Shown: positions 26,052 to 32,000 of the stretch, piece by piece
Position numbering within the stretch: the first letter of the stretch is position 1
Layout: every line of letters begins with the position of its first letter
Assembly (NCBI RefSeq): GCF_017876815.1
Contig: NZ_JAGIOS010000001.1
Span: 2,580,001-2,612,000 of the forward strand
Source of the DNA: Sinorhizobium meliloti
GTDB taxonomy: Bacteria > Pseudomonadota > Alphaproteobacteria > Rhizobiales > Rhizobiaceae
Reading direction: 5' to 3'
DNA: 32,000 bases
Made by a program: the position numbers and the translations under genes
The notes under the pieces: model-generated
What the model saw: only the letters and a program-made list of their open reading frames with translations
Database searches by the model: none
Told to the model about the DNA's origin: nothing

Positions 26052-26312
26052 GCCCCTCATCCGGCTGCCGCCACCTTCTCCCCGCAGGCGGGGAGAAGGG
26101 ATATGCCGCGCCATTCTGCTCAACTGCAGCCACTGCGCAAAGGGCGTCCCCTCTCCCCGCGCGCGGCAGGGGAATCGCATATGCGGAACAGGCATGGAAC
26201 ATCGAAGGGTTTGTTCTCGATGCGATTCCGTTCTGTTCGCCATTCGATTCCTCGAAATCGGCCATATGCGAAAGCCCTACCGCGCGCGGGGAGAGGGCTA
26301 GGGTGAGGGGCA
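26052..26312. repeat. RIME/Sm-repeat-like mosaic element carrying a nested 113-bp insertion
   Basis: GCCCCTCATCCGGCTGCCGCCACCTTCTCCCCGCAGGCGGGGAGAAGG, then a spacer, then CCCCTCTCCCCGCGCGCGG [insert] CGCGCGCGGGGAGAGGGCTAGGGTGAGGGGCA. Confidence 0.8.
26167..26279. mobile_element. Candidate MITE-like non-autonomous element (113 bp) inserted at a repeat-hairpin apex
   Basis: It is flanked by the direct repeat CCGCGCGCGG (26157..26166 and 26280..26289). The imperfect terminal inverted repeats are CAGGGGAATCGCATATG and the reverse complement of the right end, TAGGGCTTTCGCATATG (13/17). Removing the element plus one repeat copy restores the canonical hairpin CCCTCTCCCCGC-GC-GCGGGGAGAGGG. It has no coding capacity. 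Confidence 0.5.
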
Positions 26313-26343
26313 AACTGCCGAAACTAAAGCGCTGCCGCATCAC

Positions 26344-27504
26344 TCAAGCCCCCAGCGGCCGGAGCAGATCGCGGCTGATGATGTGTCGTTGAATCTCCGA
26401 CGTCCCATCCCAGATGCGCTCGACGCGTGCGTCGCGCCAGAAGCGGGCGAGCGGCAGGTCGTCCATGAGCCCCATGCCGCCATAGATCTGGATCGCCTCG
26501 TCGGTGACGCGGGCGAGCATTTCGGTGGCAAAGACCTTGGCCGAAGCGATCTCGCGGTTGGACGGCAGGCCCTGGTCGAGCCGCCAGGCGGCCGAGAGCG
26601 TCAGGAGGTCGGCCGCGTCGATCTCGGTGATCATGTCGGCAAGCTTGAAGGAGACGCCCTGATTGGCGCTGATCGGCTTGCCGAACTGCTTGCGCTCGGC
26701 CGCGTAGGAGAGCGCGTAATCGAAGGCGCGACGGGCGCGGCCGACGGAGGTGGCGGCCACGGTCAGGCGGGTGGCGTAGAGCCAGTCATTGGCAATATCG
26801 AAGCCTTTATGAACCTCGCCGAGGATCTGGGCGGAAGGCAGCCGACAGTCGTCGAAAGTCAGGATGCAGTTCTTGTAGCCGCGATGCGAGACGGAATTGT
26901 AACCCTCGCGGATTTCGAAGCCCGGGGTGCCGCGGTCGACCAGGAAACAGGTGATCTTCTTCTTCGGTCCGCGCGGCGTCTGCTCCTCGCCGGTGGCGAT
27001 GAAGACGATGACGAAATCGGCAATATCGGCATGACTGATGAAATGCTTCGTGCCGTTGACGATCCAGTCGTCGCCGTCCGGCCGCGCGAAACACTTCATG
27101 CCGCGCACGTCGGAGCCGGCGTCCGGCTCGGTCATGGCGAGCGCGTCGAACTTGTCGCCGCGGACGGCCGGGAGCAGGTATCGCTCTCGCTGATCCTCGT
27201 TGCAGGCCATCAGGATGCCGGACGGCCGCCCGAAGAAGACGGTGAGGCCCATGGACCCGCGTCCGAGCTCGCGTTCGACCAGCGTGAAGGTCAGATGGTC
27301 CAGGCCGGCGCCGCCGACCTCTTCCGGGAAGTTGCAGGCGAAGAAGCCGAGCTCCTTGCACTTGCGGGCGATTTCCAGCCCGAGTTCGCGCGGCACCACT
27401 CCGGTCCGCTCGACCTCGTTCTCATGCGGATAGATCTCGGTCTCGACGAAGGTGCGGACCGTGTCGACGATCATCTGCTGTTCTTCGGTCAGTGCGAAAT
27501 TCAT
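26344..27504 (-). CDS. Acyl-CoA dehydrogenase (FAD-dependent); probable gamma-butyrobetainyl-CoA dehydrogenase
   Basis: 386 aa. MNFALTEEQQMIVDTVRTFVETEI, ALAMTEPDAGSD, QIYGGMGLMDDLPLARFWRDARVERIWDGTSEIQRHIISR and the overall layout are typical of ACADs. RBS GGGAGAACA. The substrate is inferred from context. Confidence 0.88.
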   Translation of the reverse strand: MNFALTEEQQMIVDTVRTFVETEIYPHENEVERTGVVPRELGLEIARKCKELGFFACNFPEEVGGAGLDHLTFTLVERELGRGSMGLTVFFGRPSGILMACNEDQRERYLLPAVRGDKFDALAMTEPDAGSDVRGMKCFARPDGDDWIVNGTKHFISHADIADFVIVFIATGEEQTPRGPKKKITCFLVDRGTPGFEIREGYNSVSHRGYKNCILTFDDCRLPSAQILGEVHKGFDIANDWLYATRLTVAATSVGRARRAFDYALSYAAERKQFGKPISANQGVSFKLADMITEIDAADLLTLSAAWRLDQGLPSNREIASAKVFATEMLARVTDEAIQIYGGMGLMDDLPLARFWRDARVERIWDGTSEIQRHIISRDLLRPLGA

Positions 27505-27581
27505 TGTTCTCCCTCGTCCATTCTGGTCCGCGCGGCAGATCGCTCCTCAACGATCCACTGCGGAGCTCTCGGGCAGTGTCT

Positions 27582-27732
27582 GCCCCTCTCCTCGGGTCTG
27601 CCCCTCACCCTAACCCTCTCCCCGCTCGCGGGGAGAGGGTACGTGCCCCACGGTAGATGGGGTGCAAGCGGCTGCGGCATATCCCTTCTCCCCGTCAGGA
27701 CGGGGAGAAGGTGCCGGCAGGCGGATGAGGGG
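27582..27732. repeat. RIME/Sm-repeat-like mosaic element in the intercistronic gap
   Basis: GCCCCTCTCCTCGGGTCTGCCCCTCACCCTAACCCTCTCCCCGCTCGCGGGGAGAGGG, then a spacer, then CCCTTCTCCCCGTCAGGACGGGGAGAAGGTGCCGGCAGGCGGATGAGGGG. Confidence 0.8.
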
Positions 27733-27755
27733 CTCTTATCCCGCCAACATCTCCG

Positions 27756-29246
27756 TCACCGCTTCTGCCCTACATGCCGCCCGGCGCCATCAGGCGCGTC
27801 CAGCTTCGCATGACCTTCCGCGATCGGCTTCAGCTTGGCCATCACCTCCGCCGGAGCCGGCACGGACTTGCCGGCCTTGGCGTCGACATGCAGCATCATC
27901 TGTTCGGCGGTGGCGATGACATCGCCCGAAGCCGCATCGTGAATGCGCGTGAAGAAGTGGATGCGCTTCTCGTCCGACGAAAGGAGCTGCAGGGTCGTAT
28001 AGAGCGCCTGTCCGAGCTTGGCTTCGCCGAGATGGCGGATGTGGGTTTCGACCGTGTAGTAGCTGTGGCCGGCCTCGACATAGGCGAAGTCGACGCCGAT
28101 CACCTTGAGCAGTGCATCCGAGGTGTCGCCGAAGAGCTGCAAGTAGCGATGCTCGGTCATGTGGCCGTTGTAGTCGACCCAGGCGGCGTTGACCTTGGTA
28201 TCGACCAGACGCAGCGGCCCGGACGCGTCCAGGCTCTTCGACGGGCTGCCGCCCTTTTCCCAAAGCCGCTTCTCGAAATCGGCGAGCAGCTTGCCGGCAC
28301 CCCAGCCTTTGCCGCCGTCGCCGGCCTTCAAGGCATGCATGATACCGACGAGGTTTTCGTCCCGGATGCGTTCGAGTTCGCGGATGGAGCGACCGGCGGC
28401 CTGCGCGTCCGATTGTGCCCCGATCTTCTCGACAAGCGCGTCGTCGAGATCGACCACGTCGGTGAATTTCGTCCAGGGCCATTTGAGGCAGGGGCCGAAC
28501 TGGGCGAGGAAGTGGCGCATGCCCGCTTCGCCGCCGGCGATGCGATAAGTCTCGAAGAGACCCATCTGTGCCCAGCGCATGCCGAAGGAATATCGCATGA
28601 CGTCGTCGAGCGTCTCGGTATCGCAGATGTCGTCCTGGATCAGCCAGAGCGCTTCGCGCCAGAGCGCTTCGAGCAAGCGGTCGCCGACGAAGGCCTCTAT
28701 CTCCTTGGCGATGACGACTCCCTTCATGCCGATCTCGGCGACCGCTTCCTCGGCGCGTCTGATCGTTTCCGGCGAAGTCTTCCTGCCGCCGACGAGCTCC
28801 ACCAGCGGCAGCAGATAGACCGGGTTATAGGGATGCGCCACGAACATGCGTTCGGGATGCTTCATCTCGGCCTGCAGGTCGGACGGGAGCAGGCCCGAGG
28901 TGGAGGAACCGATGAGGGCGTCGGGCCGGGCGGCCGCATCGATCTCGTTGATGACGCCGCGCTTCAACGGCAGCCGTTCGGGCACGCTTTCCTGAATCCA
29001 GTCAACGCCCTCGACCGCTTCCTGAATGCTCCTGCAGAAGGTGAATTTGCCGCGCGGCGGCAGCGGCGCCATGGTCAGCATGCCATAGGCGCGTTCCGCA
29101 TTCGCCATGACCTCGCCGATGATGCGCTCGGCTTCCGGATGCGGGTCGAAGATGTTGACGTCTATTCCTGCAAGCGCAAAACGCGCAGCCCAGGCCCCGC
29201 CGATGACGCCGCCGCCGATACAGGCGGCCTTGGTGATTGTGGTCAT
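27756..29246 (-). CDS. L-carnitine 3-dehydrogenase fused to a C-terminal hotdog-fold acyl-CoA thioesterase domain
   Basis: I prefer ATG at 29246 (MTTITKAACIGGGVIGGAWAARF, a Rossmann GxGxxG motif, RBS GAGGAGAGGGGA) over the track start at 29306. The N-terminal ~320 aa resemble 3-hydroxyacyl-CoA-dehydrogenase-like carnitine dehydrogenase. The C-terminal ~150 aa (VDYNGHMTEHRYLQLFGDTSDALL ... YYTVETHIRHLGE) resemble a 4HBT/YbgC-type thioesterase. 496 aa. Confidence 0.85.
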   Translation of the reverse strand: MTTITKAACIGGGVIGGAWAARFALAGIDVNIFDPHPEAERIIGEVMANAERAYGMLTMAPLPPRGKFTFCRSIQEAVEGVDWIQESVPERLPLKRGVINEIDAAARPDALIGSSTSGLLPSDLQAEMKHPERMFVAHPYNPVYLLPLVELVGGRKTSPETIRRAEEAVAEIGMKGVVIAKEIEAFVGDRLLEALWREALWLIQDDICDTETLDDVMRYSFGMRWAQMGLFETYRIAGGEAGMRHFLAQFGPCLKWPWTKFTDVVDLDDALVEKIGAQSDAQAAGRSIRELERIRDENLVGIMHALKAGDGGKGWGAGKLLADFEKRLWEKGGSPSKSLDASGPLRLVDTKVNAAWVDYNGHMTEHRYLQLFGDTSDALLKVIGVDFAYVEAGHSYYTVETHIRHLGEAKLGQALYTTLQLLSSDEKRIHFFTRIHDAASGDVIATAEQMMLHVDAKAGKSVPAPAEVMAKLKPIAEGHAKLDAPDGAGRHVGQKR

Positions 29247-29297
29247 TCCCCTCTCCTCGATTCCTTGGAATCCTAGTCTACCCCTCCAGTCGAGTAT

Positions 29298-29409
29298 GCC
29301 CCTCACCCTAACCCTCTCCCCGCAGGCGGGGAGAGGGGACTGGGCGCCTACGGCTTGCGTCCTTCTCCCCGTTTCAACGGGGAGAAGGTGCCGGCAGGCG
29401 GATGAGGGG
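29298..29409. repeat. RIME/Sm-repeat-like mosaic element in the intercistronic gap
   Basis: GCCCCTCACCCTAACCCTCTCCCCGCAGGCGGGGAGAGGGG, then a short spacer, then CCTTCTCCCCGTTTCAACGGGGAGAAGGTGCCGGCAGGCGGATGAGGGG. Confidence 0.8.
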
Positions 29410-29421
29410 CCGAACTGACTC

Positions 29422-30324
29422 TTACCGCTTCGTCAGCTTCAGCTTCCTGCGGACCTCTTCCGGACCGATGATCTTCGCGCCCATGCTCTCGACGACGGAG
29501 ACCGCTTTCTCCACGAGCTGGGCATTGGTCGCGAGCTGGCCCTTGCCGACATAGAGATTGTCTTCCAGGCCGACGCGGACGTTGCCGCCGGCAAGGACCG
29601 CGGCGGCGGGATAGGCCATGGCGTTCCGGCCGATCGAGAAGGCGGAGAAGGTCCAGTTCGAGGGCACGTTGTTGACCATGGCCATGAAGGTGTTGAGATC
29701 GTCCGGCGCGCCCCACGGAATGCCCATGCAGAGCTGGATCAGCACCGGATCCTCGATCAGGCCTTCTTCGGCGAGTTGCTTGGCGAACCACAAATGCCCG
29801 GTGTCGAAGGCCTCGATCTCCGGACGCACGCCGAGTGCGGTCATCTGCCGTGCCATCTCGCGCAGCATCGACGGCGTATTGGTCATGACGTAATCGCCCA
29901 GCGAGAAATTCATCGTGCCGCAGTCGAGCGTGCAGATTTCCGGCAGGCATTCGGCGACATGCGCGACGCGTTCGGTGGCGCCGGCCATGTCCGTGCCCTT
30001 CTCGTCGACGGGGAAGGGGCTCTCGACGTTACCGAAAACGAGGTCTCCGCCCATGCCGGCGGTCAGATTGAGCACCACGTCTATATCGGCGGAGCGGATG
30101 CGATCGGTCACTTCCCTGTAGAGATCGAGCCGCCGGGCAGGCGCGCCGGTCTCGGGATCGCGGACGTGACAATGGACGACGGCGGCACCCGCCTTGGCGG
30201 CCTCGATCGCCGACTCGGCGATCTGTTTCGGCGTGACCGGAACGTGGCTGGATTTCGAGACGGTGTCTCCGGCGCCGGTGACGGCGCATGTGATGAACAC
30301 CTCGCGGTTCATGCTGAGCGGCAT
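29422..30324 (-). CDS. Beta-keto acid cleavage enzyme (BKACE/DUF849 family); probable 3-dehydrocarnitine cleavage enzyme
   Basis: 300 aa. FITCAVTGAGDT ... HVPVTPKQIAESAIEAAKAGAAVVHCHVRDPETG is the family's N-terminal TIM-barrel signature. RBS AGGGAGGA. It is adjacent to the carnitine dehydrogenase gene. Confidence 0.88.
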   Translation of the reverse strand: MPLSMNREVFITCAVTGAGDTVSKSSHVPVTPKQIAESAIEAAKAGAAVVHCHVRDPETGAPARRLDLYREVTDRIRSADIDVVLNLTAGMGGDLVFGNVESPFPVDEKGTDMAGATERVAHVAECLPEICTLDCGTMNFSLGDYVMTNTPSMLREMARQMTALGVRPEIEAFDTGHLWFAKQLAEEGLIEDPVLIQLCMGIPWGAPDDLNTFMAMVNNVPSNWTFSAFSIGRNAMAYPAAAVLAGGNVRVGLEDNLYVGKGQLATNAQLVEKAVSVVESMGAKIIGPEEVRRKLKLTKR

Positions 30325-30433
30325 TGATGTCCTCCCTTTCGTTGTCCGTATTACGAGCCAGAAAGTGCGGCGCTGCTTTTCATGGATAGAACCATCCTAT
30401 ACATTATCGGAATTCTCTGGAGGAAGTTTTGCC

Positions 30434-31405
30434 TTGGACAGCAGCATCGCGCAGGCGCAGCATATCGATCTTCTGATCCTGCCGGAGACCAATCTCATCC
30501 TTGTCGCATCGGTTATCGAACCGCTGCGCGCCGCCAACCGCATCGCCGGGCGGACGCTTTACAGCTGGAGCCTGTTCAGTCCGGACGGGAGGGCGATCGA
30601 AACGAAGAGCGGCATTCCCGTTCCGGTGGCCGGCGCCTTCCGTCCGCAGCGCGAGACGGCGCCGCTCTTCGTGCTTTCCAGCTACCACTGGCAGCGCAGC
30701 GCCACCTCGCAGCTCAAGATGCTCCTGTCGCAGACGGCGCGGCACCGCGAGATGATGGCCGGCATCGAATCCGGCTCCTGGCTGCTGGCGGAGACGAGCC
30801 TCCTCGACAATTTCTCGGCCACCACCCATTGGGAGGATTTCGAGGATTTCGCCGCCGCCTATCCGCAGGTGACGATGGTGCGCGAGCGTTTCGTCATCGA
30901 CCGAAAACGCATCACCACCGGCGGCTCGCTGCCGACGCTGGACCTGATGCTGGAACTGATCCGCCGCGCGCACGGCTATTCGCTGGCGCTCGAAGTGTCG
31001 CGCCTCTTCATCTACGAGCAGGAACGCACCCGCGGCGACCTCCTGCAGGTACCCGCAATCGGCAACATGCGCATTCTCGACACCCGCGTCGGCGCCGCGG
31101 TCAAGCTGATGGAAGAAACGGTCGAGGCTCCGCTGACGCTCGCGCGGCTGGCGCGGCGCGTGGGGGTCAGCGCCCGGCACCTTCAGGATCTCTTCAAGGA
31201 AACCATGGGCGTCGCGCCGCACGAACACTATCTGGCGCTGCGGCTCAACGCTGCACGGCGCAAGGTCATCGAAACGCGGATGGAGTTCGCCGACATAGCG
31301 GCGATTTCCGGCTTCAACTCGTCGTCTTCATTTTCGCGCAGCTATCGCGCGCATTATCGGGAAAGCCCCAGCGAGACGCGCCGGCGGCTCAAGCTGAAAA
31401 ACTGA
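30434..31405 (+). CDS. GlxA-type AraC-family transcriptional regulator (DJ-1/PfpI-like amidotransferase domain plus HTH), CdhR/GbdR-like
   Basis: The frame is that of track ORF 30194..31405, but its 5-prime part overlaps the BKACE gene on the other strand. I propose TTG at 30434, with GGAGGA at 30419..30424 and a 9-nt spacer. This gives LDSSIAQAQHIDLLILPETNLILVASVIEPLRAANR, the usual distance to the first beta-strand. The C-terminal AraC HTH is LARRVGVSARHLQDLFKE ... IAAISGFNSSSSFSRSYRAHY. It is divergent from the carnitine operon. Confidence 0.82.
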   Translation: MDSSIAQAQHIDLLILPETNLILVASVIEPLRAANRIAGRTLYSWSLFSPDGRAIETKSGIPVPVAGAFRPQRETAPLFVLSSYHWQRSATSQLKMLLSQTARHREMMAGIESGSWLLAETSLLDNFSATTHWEDFEDFAAAYPQVTMVRERFVIDRKRITTGGSLPTLDLMLELIRRAHGYSLALEVSRLFIYEQERTRGDLLQVPAIGNMRILDTRVGAAVKLMEETVEAPLTLARLARRVGVSARHLQDLFKETMGVAPHEHYLALRLNAARRKVIETRMEFADIAAISGFNSSSSFSRSYRAHYRESPSETRRRLKLKN

Positions 31406-31496
31406 GTCAAGGGCTTCACGCGGCAACTGAGCGAAGGTGAGTTTTGCGAGTCGAATCAGCGATCTGCCGCAAGTCCCTCGAGAAAGGATTCAGCGA

Positions 31497-32000
31497 TCAG
31501 ACCACCGTCTCGCCCCCGTCCACCACGAGGATCTGTCCGGTCATGTAGGAGGAACGGTCGGAAACAAGGAAGAGGATCGACTCGGCGATCTCGTCGACGC
31601 TCGCCCAGCGGCCGAGCGGAACCCTCTCGCGGATATAGGCTTCGATGGCCTCGCGCCCGCCCATCTGGTCGATGAAGGGCTCGTTGAAGGGCGTGTCGAC
31701 CCAGCCGGGGCAAAGAGCGTTCACCCTGACGCCGTATTTCGCATAGTCGCCCGCCATCTGCCGGGTCATGGCGATGACTGCGTGTTTCGTCGTCGTATAG
31801 GCGATCATCTCACGATCGTAGAGAACGCCTGACGAGGAAGACGTGTTGACGATCACGCCGCGGCCCGCCTTCTTCATCGAGGGCATGACAAGGCGGGCGG
31901 CCATGAAATGGGCGCGGACGTTGAGGTTCCAGGACCGGTCGAAACCCGCCACCTCGACCTCTTCCAGGTCGCCGGCGACCTGCGCGCCGGCGTGATTGTG
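31497..32000 (-). CDS. Short-chain dehydrogenase/reductase (SDR) family oxidoreductase; C-terminal 167 codons, the gene runs off the right edge
   Basis: NTSSSSG ... YTTTKHAVIAMTRQMA (catalytic Y-x3-K), VRVNALCPGWVDTP and the C-terminal YMTGQILVVDGG are classic SDR motifs. The reading frame stays open to position 32000. Confidence 0.85.
   Translation of the reverse strand, partial: HNHAGAQVAGDLEEVEVAGFDRSWNLNVRAHFMAARLVMPSMKKAGRGVIVNTSSSSGVLYDREMIAYTTTKHAVIAMTRQMAGDYAKYGVRVNALCPGWVDTPFNEPFIDQMGGREAIEAYIRERVPLGRWASVDEIAESILFLVSDRSSYMTGQILVVDGGETVV

Noticed and set aside
24005-26392. 795-aa ORF on the plus strand
   Set aside because: It is entirely antisense to the well-supported acyl-CoA synthetase gene. 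The product is Arg/Gly/Asp/Ala-rich low-complexity sequence with no motifs, and it runs across a repeat element. Long stop-free antisense frames are expected in GC-rich DNA.
9119-29409. Possibility that the recurring palindromes form a CRISPR array
   Set aside because: The six loci are kilobases apart, occur in both orientations, have mosaic rather than uniform repeat units and no regular spacers, and no cas genes are present.
30194-30433. Upstream part of track ORF 30194..31405, including an in-frame ATG at 30311
   Set aside because: It would overlap the BKACE coding sequence and its start on the opposite strand. TTG 30434 has a well-spaced GGAGGA and gives the usual N-terminal length for this regulator family.
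30325-30433. Short dyads in the divergent carnitine promoter region (CGTATTACG; GGAT-N6-ATCC) as regulator binding sites
   Set aside because: The arms are only 4 bp, which is too short to distinguish from chance, and I know no consensus for this regulator family to compare with.
30382-31440. 352-aa alternative-frame ORF overlapping the GlxA/AraC regulator
   Set aside because: The product is Arg/Ala/Pro-rich with no motifs. The other frame gives a clear DJ-1/PfpI plus AraC HTH protein.

Overview
Visibly GC-rich, almost fully coding segment, mostly on the minus strand. Gene content, RirA-type iron boxes and palindromic intergenic repeats point to a Rhizobiaceae chromosome, and from memory the gene order fits Sinorhizobium/Ensifer meliloti (I cannot verify this). 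Left to right: (1) a hydroxamate-siderophore uptake operon (TonB-dependent receptor, FhuF reductase, start of a periplasmic binding protein) preceded by two TGA-N9-TCA iron boxes. (2) A 1299-bp IS4-family insertion sequence with 22-bp terminal inverted repeats and a 9-bp target duplication, sitting at the apex of a palindromic intergenic repeat. (3) A polyamine-type ABC importer plus gamma-aminobutyraldehyde dehydrogenase in the same order as E. coli ydcSTUV-patD, with a LysR regulator. (4) An esterase and a small ACT-domain protein. (5) A CocE/NonD hydrolase and a family-5 (peptide/opine-type) ABC importer with two paralogous twin-arginine-signal binding proteins and an HTH regulator. (6) A gamma-butyrobetaine/L-carnitine to glycine betaine cluster: CaiD-like hydratase, ADP-forming acyl-CoA synthetase, acyl-CoA dehydrogenase, carnitine dehydrogenase fused to a thioesterase, BKACE cleavage enzyme, and a divergent GlxA/AraC regulator. 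(7) A partial SDR oxidoreductase. Six loci carry RIME/Sm-repeat-like mosaic palindromic elements, four of them in gaps between same-strand adjacent genes. I see no rRNA, tRNA, CRISPR, prophage or recognisable defence genes, and no convincing wholly new protein machine. The most unusual signals are at DNA level. The IS and a separate 113-bp MITE-like element each sit at the loop of the same class of repeat hairpin with 9-10 bp duplications, and a third hairpin carries a 10-bp tandem duplication that looks like a footprint. The uncharacterised two-binding-protein transporter/hydrolase module and its candidate operator are the other points of interest.
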